Source of the DNA: Azolla caroliniana | Taxonomy: Eukaryota > Plantae > Polypodiophyta | DNA: 64,000 nucleotides | Direction of reading: 5' to 3' | Assembly: GCA_043228905.1 (NCBI GenBank) | Contig: JBHGNT010000009.1 | Span: 15,376,001-15,440,000, forward strand | In this document: positions 49,911-60,250 of the stretch, one piece after another | Layout: each line of letters opens with the position of its first letter | Numbering within the stretch: position 1 is the stretch's first letter | The notes under the pieces: model-generated | Databases searched by the model: none | What the model was told of the DNA's origin: nothing | What the model saw: the letters and a program-made list of their open reading frames with translations, nothing else | Translations under genes and position numbers: made by a program

Positions 49911-52900
49911 TGTTGGGTTTACGGTCCCTTTCGGATGGGATGGTCGGATGTCGGAGATGAATGACGACAAGCCCGGTTGCGGTTTCGGAACCGGATGATG
50001 AAGACCCCGGCTTCGGAGCCGGATGACGAATGTACCCGGAGCGAGATCCGGATGCGGGGACATATCTGTGAATGTGTTTGCCAAGGGCCCTTGAGGCTAT
50101 AGTTGTAAATAGCCCTAAAGTCATATGTGTATAAATATGACTTAGGGCAAACAGTTTTAATGTTGCTACTCATTTTTCTGTTTTTTCCACTCAAGAGGAG
50201 TGAAGGGAGAGAGCAGCCGTGAGAGAGAGAGAGAGAGCAGCCGTGAGAGAGATAGAGCGTGAGAAAGGAAGAGGTCGACGCCTCTGTGTAATTCCGCCGC
50301 CTGTGGCGAGGACAACGAGCTCAAGGTCGTCGCCTTGCAGCTCGCCATTGTATATTTCTCTGTGCATAGTTTTGGTTCGGAGTCTTGTACTCCCGTGGTT
50401 TTTCCCGTACAGGGTTTTCCACGTTAAATCGTGTGTCCACTTATTTACTTTTGCATTTCCCATTTTCTGCAACAACGATTCGAGTGTTTCCTTGGTTGAG
50501 GCCGAGAGGTGAAGTTTGGAAAGTGTCGATTATTTCCATCAATTTGGTATCAGAGCGGGCTGCTGCAGAAAATGGAAGGCGGCGGCAGCGGGCAGCCGGG
50601 GATGATGGTGCTGAATGCGCAGAATTACGCCGACTGGAAGATCAAGATGGAGGATCTTCTTATTGTTCGGGACCTGTACGAACCGATTGACAGGTCGGAA
50701 ATACCGAAGGGGGTACTTGAGTCGGAATGGAGGCTTCTGAACCGGAAAGCCGTTGCAACCATTCGGCAATACGTCGACGTGAGCGTTCTACAACATGTGG
50801 CGAACGACATCAACACATATGAGATGTGGCGGAAGCTGTCGGGCCTCTACGAGAGGAAGAATGCGTTGAACCGGACCTCCCTGATGAGGAAGATAGTGAA
50901 CCTCAAGTACCGGGACGGCGAGAGTATGGTGGAACACGTAAGCACGTTCATGGGATTCGTGAACCAGCTTGCGGCGATCAAGTTCCCGCTGGAGGATGCA
51001 ATGCAAGCCATCATTCTGATGTGTACATTGCCGGAAAGCTGGGAGAACTTGGTGGTTACTCTCAGCACCTCCTGCACGGAAGATAACTTGTCCCTACAAA
51101 CGGTAAAGACAAGTATTTTGAACGAAGAAGCGCGTCGGAGAGATAAAGAACCAGCCTCCGACTCGAAGGCGCTGCTTACCGAATCGGAACGGGGAAGACA
51201 ATGGAACCGGAGTCCGCAAAGACGGGAGAAGTCGGGGACCCGGTCGCAGTCAAGAGGAAGACCCACATGCTTCCACTGTGGGAAGTCGGGGCATTTCCGG
51301 AAGAATTGTCGGCATTACCGAAAGGACAACGGAGCCGACGACACCGATTCAAAGAAGTCACCGGAGAGAAACGGTGCATACCGGGGAGCCACGGACCGGA
51401 GAGGTCCGGATCGGCGAGGGCAGGACCGAAAAGGAACGACGGCACTCGCGGCAAGTGAGGAAGAAATCATGCTCATGACCGAAGAAGGTGAACTAAACAT
51501 TGCCGGCGATGAGACGACCTGGGTGGTCGATTCCGGAGCATCGTTCCACCTGACCCCGGAGAGAAGATACTTCTCATCCTACACAGCCGGTGAGCATGGC
51601 TGTGTTCGGATGGGAAATGAAGGTACGTGCCGGATTGCCGGCATAGGAGACGTGTGGTTGACAACCTCGACCGGATGCAAAATGCTGCTGAAGGATGTCC
51701 GACACGTTCCGGAGGTTCGATTGAACCTGATTTCGGCCGGGAGGCTAGACGATGAAGGCTACACAGGTAGCATCCGGAACGGCGTAATGAAGTTCAGCAA
51801 GGGGAGCCTGATATTGGCTCGGGCCCGGAAAGTCAACACACTGTACCTTATGAATGCTTGGTTGTGTCCGGAAGAGTTGAACGTGGCAGCCGACACTGCC
51901 GGTGAGCTGTGGCACAAGAGACTGTGCCACATGAGTGAGAAGGGGATGAAGAGGCTTGCAGAAGACAACCTTATTCCAGTGAAGCATGTGCACCTGGAGA
52001 AGTGCACCGATTGCCTGGCCGGTAAGCAGAACCGAACCTCCTTCCACTCAAGGCCACCGACGAGACGTAGCGCACCATTGGAGTTGGTGCACACTGATGT
52101 GTGTCAGGTAGAAACGAAGTCACATGGCGGAGCCCAATACTTCGTAACATTCATAGATGATCATAGCCGAAAACTGTGGACGGCACCGCTGAAGACAAAG
52201 GACCAAGTGTTGTGGGTCTTCAAAGAACTCCACGTGAGAGTGGAAAGGGAATCCGGCAAGAAGCTGAAAGCGATACGAGCGGATAACGGAGGGGAATACC
52301 GGGGGCAGTTCGCGGAGTACTGTCGCTCGAAGGGAATCCGGCTCGAGTTTACTGTGCCGAAGACGCCGGAACTGAACGGGCTGGCCGAGAGGATGAACCG
52401 GACCATAATGGAGAGGGTCCGGAGTATGCTGGCGCATGCGGAATTACCCAAGGGGTTTTGGGCTGAGGCGATGTCGACGGCGACATACGTGATAAACAGA
52501 TCACCCTCAGTACCTTTGGACGGAGACACGCCGCAGAGAGTGTGGACCGGTAGGGAAGTACGCTACCGGCATCTGAAGGTGTTCGGGTGTCTCGCATATG
52601 TGCATGTGGCTAAGGACCGGAGAGGAAAGCTAGATCCAAAGACCCGGCCATGCATATTCCTCGGTTACGGCGATGACGAGTTCGGCTACCGAGTATGGGA
52701 CCCGGTCGACAAGAAGATATTCCGGAGTCGTGATATCATCTTCATGGAGAACAAGACACTCGCCGACTGGGAGTCGGAGAAGAAGATGAAGAGCTCCAAG
52801 TCGACCGGTGAGGATCAACTCTACGAGGAGCAGTCCCGACCGGCAAGGGACCGGTTAGCACTCGAGGATCCGGCCGAAGACGGTGAAGAAACAGAACCGG

Positions 52901-55264
52901 CCGAAGAAGATGAAAATGATACCGGAACCGGCCCCGATCCCGAAATGGATTCGGATGAAGAAGAATCGGAAGAACCGGTTACCGAAGCTCCGGAACGGAG
53001 ATATCCTCTAAGAGAGAGAAGGGCTCCCCCGAGATTTCCGGAACCAGAGCACGTGCTGCTAACCGACGAGGGGGAGCCGGAGAACTTTGAAGAAGCGAAG
53101 CATGACACCCATAGCCGCAGGTGGTTAAGTGCCATGCAGGAGGAGATGGATTCCCTGCATGAGAACCACACATATGAACTTGTGGAGCTGCCGAAAGGAA
53201 AACGGGCACTCCGTAACAAGTGGGTGTTCAAGCTGAAACCGGGAGATGCCGGAAACCCCCCGAGATACAAAGCCAGGATCGTGGTGAAGGGGTTTCAGCA
53301 GAAGAAGGGCGTCGACTTCGACGAGATATTTGCCCCGGTAGTGAAGATGACCTCCATCCGGACGGTGCTGAGCATAGCGGCAAGCATGGACCTCGAGGTA
53401 GAACAGATGGACGTGAAGACGGCATTCCTTCACGGTGACCTCGAAGAAGAGATCTACATGCAGCAACCGGAAGGATTCGAGAAGAAAGGGAAGGGGCACC
53501 TGGTATGCCGGTTGAAGAAGAGCCTTTACGGTCTGAAGCAGGCTCCCCGGCAATGGTACCGGAAGTTCGACTCCTTCATGACCGACGAAGGGTACCTCAA
53601 AACGCAGTCCGACCACTGCATGTTTGTGAAGAAGTTCGAAGGAGGAGACTTTCTAATACTCCTCCTGTACGTGGACGACATGTTGATCGTCGGACGGGAC
53701 CAGGTCAAGATACGGATGCTGAAGAAGGCTCTTCACCGAACCTTCTCAATGAAGGACTTGGGTCCGGCGAGACAAATACTAGGGATGCACATCATCCGGG
53801 ACCGGAGCAAGAAGCAGTTGTGGCTGTCACAGGAGAAGTACGTGACAAAGGTGCTTAAACGGTTCAACATGTCGGAAGCAAGACCGGTCGGATCAACACT
53901 CCCGGCAAACTGCAAGCTGTCCAGCAAGCAAAGCCCCAAGACAAAGGCTGCGAAGGAGGACATGATGAAAGTGCCATATGCCTCTGCCGTCGGAAGCTTG
54001 ATGTACGCAATGGTGTGTACAAGACCGGACATTGGATACGCAGTCGGAGTGGTGAGCCGGTACATGAGCAATCCCGGCAAAGAGCATTGGAACGCGGCCA
54101 AGTGGATACTCCGATACCTGAAGGGCACGGCAAACGTGTGCCTCCGATTCGGTTCCGGTAAGCCCGAACTCGACGGCTTTACCGATTCGGATATGTCGGC
54201 TGATGCAGATACCAGCCGGTCCACATCAGGGTATGTGATGACGTATGCAGGGGGAGCTGTTTCATGGCAGTCGAGGCTGCAGAAGACGGTTGCGTTGTCA
54301 ACCACGGAGGCGGAGTACATGGCGGCTGTTGAAGCCGGCAAGGAAATAATATGGATGAAGGACTTCATTAGAGAGCTCGGTATCTGGCAGGAGGTGTACC
54401 GACTCTACTGCGACAGTCAGAGTGCAATCCACCTTGCGAAGAACGCGGCCTATCACTCCCGGACGAAGCACATCCAGCGAAGATATCACTGGATCCGGGA
54501 AAGGATAGAAGACAAGGAGTTCATGCTGACGAAGATCCACACGGACGAGAACGGGTCGGATATGCTGACCAAGGTGCTCACACCCGACAAGCTGGAAGCA
54601 TGCCGGAAGAGGATCGGATTGGAGAGACATCCCATGCCGAAGTGAAGGGGGAGTTTGTTGGGTTTACGGTCCCTTTCGGATGGGATGGTCGGATGTCGGT
54701 TGCGGTTTTGGAACCGGATGATGAAGACCCCGGCTTCGGAGCCGGATGACGAATGTACCCGGAGCGAGATCCGGATGCGGGGACATATCTGTGAATGTGT
54801 TTGCCAAGGGCCCTTGAGGCTATAGTTGTAAATAGCCCTAAAGTCATATGTGTATAAATATGACTTAGGGCAAACAGTTTTAATGTTGCTACTCATTTTT
54901 CTGTTTTTTCCACTCAAGAGGAGTGAAGGGAGAGAGCAGCCGTGAGAGAGAGAGAGAGAGCGGCCGTGAGAGAGATAGAGCGTGAGAAAGGATGAGGTCG
55001 ACGCCTCTGTGTAATTCCGCCGCCTGTGGCGAGGACAGCGAGCTCAAGGTCGTCGCCTTGCAGCTCGCCATTGTATATTTCTCTGTGCATAGTTTTGGTT
55101 CGAAGTCTTGTACTCCCGTGGTTTTTCCCGTACAGGGTTTTCCACGTTAAATCGTGTGTCCACTTATTTACTTTTGCATTTCCCATTTTCTGCAACAACG
55201 ATTCGAGTGTTTCCTTGGTTGAGGCCGAGAGGTGAAGTTTGGAAAGTGTCGATTATTTCCATCA
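49911..55264 (+). mobile_element. Intact, recently inserted Ty1/copia retrotransposon (family B)
   Basis: LTRs 49911-50541 and 54656-55264, TSD GTCTA, PBS TGGTATCAGAGC 50545-50556, PPT GAAGGGGGAG, uninterrupted ORF. Confidence 0.97.
50572..54645 (+). CDS. Copia Gag-Pol polyprotein (gag, CCHC, PR, IN, RT, RNase H), about 1357 aa
   Basis: CFHCGKSGHFRKNC, WVVDSGAS, LWHKRLCH, VHTD..DNGGEY..E, YVDD, KHIQRRYHWIRE; no stops; first ATG after the PBS at 50572. Confidence 0.96.
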   Translation: MEGGGSGQPGMMVLNAQNYADWKIKMEDLLIVRDLYEPIDRSEIPKGVLESEWRLLNRKAVATIRQYVDVSVLQHVANDINTYEMWRKLSGLYERKNALNRTSLMRKIVNLKYRDGESMVEHVSTFMGFVNQLAAIKFPLEDAMQAIILMCTLPESWENLVVTLSTSCTEDNLSLQTVKTSILNEEARRRDKEPASDSKALLTESERGRQWNRSPQRREKSGTRSQSRGRPTCFHCGKSGHFRKNCRHYRKDNGADDTDSKKSPERNGAYRGATDRRGPDRRGQDRKGTTALAASEEEIMLMTEEGELNIAGDETTWVVDSGASFHLTPERRYFSSYTAGEHGCVRMGNEGTCRIAGIGDVWLTTSTGCKMLLKDVRHVPEVRLNLISAGRLDDEGYTGSIRNGVMKFSKGSLILARARKVNTLYLMNAWLCPEELNVAADTAGELWHKRLCHMSEKGMKRLAEDNLIPVKHVHLEKCTDCLAGKQNRTSFHSRPPTRRSAPLELVHTDVCQVETKSHGGAQYFVTFIDDHSRKLWTAPLKTKDQVLWVFKELHVRVERESGKKLKAIRADNGGEYRGQFAEYCRSKGIRLEFTVPKTPELNGLAERMNRTIMERVRSMLAHAELPKGFWAEAMSTATYVINRSPSVPLDGDTPQRVWTGREVRYRHLKVFGCLAYVHVAKDRRGKLDPKTRPCIFLGYGDDEFGYRVWDPVDKKIFRSRDIIFMENKTLADWESEKKMKSSKSTGEDQLYEEQSRPARDRLALEDPAEDGEETEPAEEDENDTGTGPDPEMDSDEEESEEPVTEAPERRYPLRERRAPPRFPEPEHVLLTDEGEPENFEEAKHDTHSRRWLSAMQEEMDSLHENHTYELVELPKGKRALRNKWVFKLKPGDAGNPPRYKARIVVKGFQQKKGVDFDEIFAPVVKMTSIRTVLSIAASMDLEVEQMDVKTAFLHGDLEEEIYMQQPEGFEKKGKGHLVCRLKKSLYGLKQAPRQWYRKFDSFMTDEGYLKTQSDHCMFVKKFEGGDFLILLLYVDDMLIVGRDQVKIRMLKKALHRTFSMKDLGPARQILGMHIIRDRSKKQLWLSQEKYVTKVLKRFNMSEARPVGSTLPANCKLSSKQSPKTKAAKEDMMKVPYASAVGSLMYAMVCTRPDIGYAVGVVSRYMSNPGKEHWNAAKWILRYLKGTANVCLRFGSGKPELDGFTDSDMSADADTSRSTSGYVMTYAGGAVSWQSRLQKTVALSTTEAEYMAAVEAGKEIIWMKDFIRELGIWQEVYRLYCDSQSAIHLAKNAAYHSRTKHIQRRYHWIRERIEDKEFMLTKIHTDENGSDMLTKVLTPDKLEACRKRIGLERHPMPK

Positions 55265-56029
55265 GTCTACCTATTTGATTACAAACAAATAAAAGAATGG
55301 TAGTACAATGACCGAGTAGAATCGGTATCGCTCACTCACTTAGTGCAAATCTATAATTATGCTTTATTACTCTGGGCTCTTAATTGAGATATTCTATCTC
55401 TTTCCAGTGTTCGCCACTTCATGATTATATAGCTTCTTTCCTGCTTGCGCGTTCCAACTACTTCTTCCTGATAATCAGCTTCTACCTTTGGCTGTATGTG
55501 ATCGATTACTTTCTTCGGTTGTTAGTGCTCGACTTCTTTACATGTTTTTACACTTGTCCTATGTGTTCCTTTCACATTTGTCCTTCTTGATCCTTTTCAC
55601 ACCTTGTTCCTTTTGTCCACGGATAACACCTGGCATGTTTGTGGGACAGTGCCTTGCACGTCGAACCCAAAAATCGATTAAGAAAAAACAAAACGAAAAA
55701 ACAGATACATACTGCACCCCCGAAAAAATCAAAAGAATTGAAAATTTTCTATAGTACATTAATCCTCCAAAATTAACGTGATGCTCTCCGCTTGTGGTGA
55801 CTCATCTGGGTTGAGGTCGGTCGAGAGATCGGCCCTTTGTTCCTACACTTTAGTCTCCGGGATGGTCACTTGTGCTGGTTCGTCCTGTTATGGGGCTTCC
55901 TCGGCTTATCGAAGATTCTCCTCCTTAGACTCTTGTTCTTGTTCCGGCCTCGGCCCTGTCTCTTGCTCTGGCTCTAGCTCTAGCTCTTGGTCCTTAGCTT
56001 GGCCTCACCGTTCCTTGGTTATCAACTCT

Positions 56030-57518
56030 TCAAGGTGTGGCTCCTGTGTTGCGTTTTTCGGCAGACTTCCTTTTCTGCTTGGAGGCGCTCGCATTCATAC
56101 CCCTTTGTTTCAATGGCGAGAAGTAGTTGATCGTCATTAATTCCTCCAAGAGGGTCCCAATTGTTGTGGTATGCGTCTGAGCCAAAGCATGGAACTCCTC
56201 AGTGAGGTCCTCTGGGAGCACCTAAATGCTACTCTCGTCTATTTTATAGAATCCACGGCCCTCCTTCCGATTCTTGGCATCTGCTCGGAATATTTGCAAG
56301 TCGGCTGCTTCAGGTGATCATTCGTTCCATCCTTAGGCGAGTGCCGTTTCGACTTTTTGGTTCAGCTTCTTTCAGCGTTTTGCAATCAAAGCCTTGACTT
56401 GTTCTTCGCCCATTTCGTACTTGGCACGTAAAGTGTTCATTGCGTCTTTGGTGGTTGCAGTGTCGAGTTCGAGTTGGGCTTTCATGAGTTGGTATGAGAC
56501 GTTTATTCTGGCGACCTTCTTCTCCATCAGCTCCACATGTTGTTCATATCTTCGGATGAGCCAAGTCTTTTCCTCCTCCATCTCCTACTGGTACCGCTCC
56601 CGGTCTCTTTGTGCTGTGTCTTGTAGCTCGTGGAGAGAATCTTCCAATGTGTTCTTTTCGCTCTCCAAGTCACGCAGTAGTTGATGATGCCTACTAAATT
56701 GTTGCTGCAGCTCAATGTGCTCGTTTCGGATAGTTAGGAGTTGGTCGTTTTGTATGGCGTACGCCCATTGATAGCCTTCCTCTATCTCATGGATCTTGGC
56801 AATCTCATTGGCAACTTGACGAGCAAGCGTGTGTTGTTCTTCCATATCATGGAGCTTGGCAGTGGCTTCGTTGTTGGCGGCTTGAAGAGCTGTCACGGCT
56901 TTCACTTCCATTTCTTGGAGGGTTTTTGTATATTCGGTGGTTCATGCATCGAGCTGGTGCTATAGTTCGGCTTCTCGTTTCTGAGCTTGCTCACGGATGC
57001 AATCGATTTCTATCTTGGCCTCTTCTTACCTTTCTTTAGCCTTCTCGACAATCACCATTTGGGCTGCTAATTCTTCTTCATAGTGGCAGGGCCACTGTTG
57101 TGATGGGAGGCAAGAATGTGTTGTGGTCGGTGGTAGTGACTAGTTCGGATGTCTCCTCAGTCTGTGTGTAAGCATTTTCCTAACTAGTGTGGGGAGGTGG
57201 GAGACTGAGAGGGTCATTTTGCCCGACGTTTCTGATCTCTTGGAGCTGTCGTTCGAGCTCGGCTATTTGGTTTTCCGAAGCCTACCACAACTCCGTCTCC
57301 ATCTTGGCTTGCTTTCGCGCCTCTTTGCTACATCTAGCCATATCCTTGGACATGCGGGTTGTTTTGTCCAAGTCCCAGAAGGCTTCTACTAAAGCCGTGT
57401 TTAGCTCGGGCAGCTCGATGAGGAGGCAATTGCTCTTGTTTTGCTGTTTTCGGCCGATTTTTTGCATCACCAACTCTTTGTCCGACTCGAGTTCTCCTGT
57501 GATAGCTTGGTGGACCAT
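56030..57518 (-). pseudogene. Disrupted long coiled-coil ORF of unknown function in the gypsy 3' region
   Basis: E/K/Q/R-rich fragments 57282-57518, 56585-56911, 56372-56581 and 56030-56221 separated by stops and frameshifts. Confidence 0.65.
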
Positions 57519-57561
57519 CTATTTCTCTACATGTTCTTCGGCCATGTGTGGCAATGGCTGG

Positions 57562-58152
57562 TGTTGAATCCCCTGAAAGGGACCAAGTGAGAGGAATAAA
57601 GCTCAGCCACAACCGAGTCTCAAACACTTAATGGAAGGTAAAAACAAGAATGGAGTTTAATGCACTTGCACCGAAGAGACAACACGGGATGTTTATGTGG
57701 AAAACCCTAAACGAGAAAAAAACCACGGGAGCCCACGGACTCCAACTATCACTATGAGAGAAGGAACACAAAATGAGACTCAGAGGCAACAACCTCGAGC
57801 TCTATGTCTTCGCCAACGACGGTTACAAACAGAAACCACGTTCTCTCTCTCTCTCTGTATAACGGAATATATGATGCTCTACACTAAAACCACTTCTTGA
57901 ACCACATAAAGTGATTGCCCTAAGTCATATTTATACTTACATGCCTTTAGTGCTATTTACAAATATAGCCTCAATAGGCTCACCATGAAACATATCTACA
58001 CATATGTCCTTGGATCCGGTTTGCACTGGATCCATCCGGATTCACTCGATCCAGTTCGTCTGATCCGGCTCCTCCGGTTCTCATCCGGATCCCACCTGGA
58101 GGGACCGAATTCCCAACAAAACTCCCCCTTCACTTTGGCATGGGATTTCTAT
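57562..58152 (-). mobile_element. 3' LTR (57562-58118), PPT and pol stop of a family-B copia
   Basis: TGTTG...CCAACA ends; AAACTCCCCCTTCAC PPT; minus-strand ...PMPK* like the end of the intact element's ORF. Confidence 0.85.
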
Positions 58153-59719
58153 TGAGATACAAGCTCAACATTGGTCGTATCGGTGCGCAAACCGGTGCGT
58201 AAACTGGTGTACAACAAGAGACCGGATCGGTGCAAAAACCGGGAGGCCGTTGAACAGATATTCCGCGAGGGAATATATTTGGGAGTTAGTGTAGGAGCTT
58301 AGTTATGAGCATTGAAGTACGTGTTAGTACTTTTGTCAGTCCATATGGACTTGTATAAAAGTGCTCTCTGAGCACATCCTATGTACAGAGTTTACACATT
58401 ATTCGAATTTAGTTTTTTTTTGTGTTTTTTTCCCTCTTTGTCTCTCCCGCATACATTGTGTCTTAAGCTCTCCATTAAACCTGTTTTTCCTCTATCAGTA
58501 TTTTGTGTTTCGTATAGCTTCTGCATGTAACATTTGACATGGTATCAGAGCGCGAGGGTTGAGAACCTTTGTAGCCGACTTCAACTTGAAACAAAAAAAG
58601 AAAACCTAATCTCGGTGAAGAACAAAAAGGAAAAAAGAAGAAGGATAGAGGTATGGCTAGTTCACTTCCAACTGAGAAGCTCGACAGAAGTAACTACACA
58701 TCTCGGTCGTACAAGATGCACCAGTACCTACTCGGACATGGATACTAGAGCTATGTCAATGAAGCGAATGATGTAGAACCCGAATTGACACACAGAGACT
58801 TCCCGGCCTGGGAACAGTCGGCGAGCGGAGTTCTCTACTCCTTCGCGTCTTATGTGAGCGAACAACTTTTGAGCTACATTCGGGATGCAAGAACGCCAAA
58901 GGATGCTTGGGGAAATCTTTAAAAGATTTTTGCCGCAAGCACCACAACCAGGAAGCTCCAACTCCGACAGGAGTTGAGCAATGTGCGTCAACGCGACATG
59001 ACAGTGGCTAACTACACCTCCAAGATAAAGGATATCTGCGATTCCCTCGCCTCCATCGATGTGAACATTGAGGAGGGTGAAATGGTGCAGATCTGCCTCG
59101 GACGATTGGTGTCGAAGTTTGGAGCAATCCGAACTGCTAGTTGTACAAGGGAGAATATGTCGTCGTTTTTCAACTTGCAATCGATGCTCCTTGTAGAGGA
59201 GAATCACGCGGGTGCGTCGACGAGTACGCACGTCGACAACAAGATGTTGTACTCGGAGGGAAATAGGCCCCGTGGTCGTGGCGGACGAGGCGAGTCGGCG
59301 CGCAATGGAGGTGGCCGACGGGAGACGGTGTCGTGAAGATTTTCGGCAATAGTGTGAAAATCCCATAAAACGTACGAAATCGAGTATGAATCACATAATA
59401 CAATAATTGTGAAGATAACATTTTAAATAAATTTAATATCTAAGTACAAAATGATGGAGGTTTCGAATGCACTTTATTACACGAGAAACAGATAACTAAA
59501 TGTCAAGATATGAGGGTATAAAGTTTGTGAAAGGAAAAGAGAAAATTGTGAGATATCCCACATAGGCACGACAAATACGGCTCTCATCATATATAAGGTA
59601 GAACAAAAGATATTATCTTTGTGTCTATGTGTGGAGCATAGAGAGTTCAAGGTAACTTGAACTAAGAGTGGAGGTGGGCTAGCTACTCGTAAAGGGTTTT
59701 GGCCAACCAAAACCGGACC

Positions 59720-60135
59720 GGCGATGGAGCCGGTGATCCGGCGGGGCACCGGTAACCGACGACATCCGGCGGCGGCACCGGTAACCGACGGCATCCGACG
59801 GCAGCACCGGTATCCGACGGCGGTGAGACGACGGTAACCGACGGCATCCGGCGACGGCACCGGTATCCGGCGCCGGTGAGATGACGACATCCAGCGGCAA
59901 CCGGCGACAACATCGATAACCGACGGCATCCGACGAGGCACTGGTAACCGACGGCATCCGACGGCAGCACCGGTATCCGACGGCGGTGAGACGACGGTAA
60001 CCGACGGCATCCGGCGACGGCACCGGTATCCGGCGCCGGTGAGATGACGACATCCAGCGGCAACCGGCGACAACATCGATAACCGACGGCATCCGGCGAG
60101 GCACTGGTAACCGATGGCATCTGACGAACCGGCGT
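59720..60135. repeat. GC-rich minisatellite (about 21-bp ACCGACGGCATCCGG subunits) with a 163-bp higher-order duplication
   Basis: CGGTGAGACGACGG at 59821 and 59984. Confidence 0.9.
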
Positions 60136-60177
60136 CCAGTGACTAGATAAATAAATATATAAATATATATATTTACA

Positions 60178-60250
60178 AGGAGGGCAAGTAAGGATTCAAA
60201 CCTTGCACCTCCAAGTTAGGAGTCAATTAGCTTACCGTTAAGCCATGACA
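60178..60250 (-). pseudogene. Degenerate tRNA-like / SINE head
   Basis: A-box TGGCTTAACGG, CT-CCT-AA loop, B-box GGTTTGAATCC, AT-rich tail; stems poorly paired. Confidence 0.5.

Larger units (their letters stand above)
49677..57561 (-). mobile_element. 3' end of a second gypsy-type element: extra coiled-coil ORF (about 55800-57561) plus 3' LTR (49677-55648, split by the intact copia)
   Basis: Minus-strand junction GGGTTCGACGTGCAAGGCAC|TGTCCCAC mirrors GGGTTCGACATACAATGTAC|TGTCCCAC at 10844-10871; ORF homology to 9617-10054. Confidence 0.7.

Noticed and set aside
50509-50571. N-terminal extension of the 1378-aa ORF
   Set aside because: Starts at a GTG inside the LTR and PBS; the first ATG is at 50572.
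50539-54630. Many antisense and alternative-frame ORFs over copia pol
   Set aside because: Shadow ORFs from GC-rich codon usage.
59477-60120. Long minus-strand ORFs (199, 141, 145 aa)
   Set aside because: Open only because of the GC minisatellite; the 163-bp period shifts frame.
60178-60250. Functional tRNA-Arg(CCT) gene
   Set aside because: Acceptor and anticodon stems do not pair; kept only as a tRNA-derived remnant.
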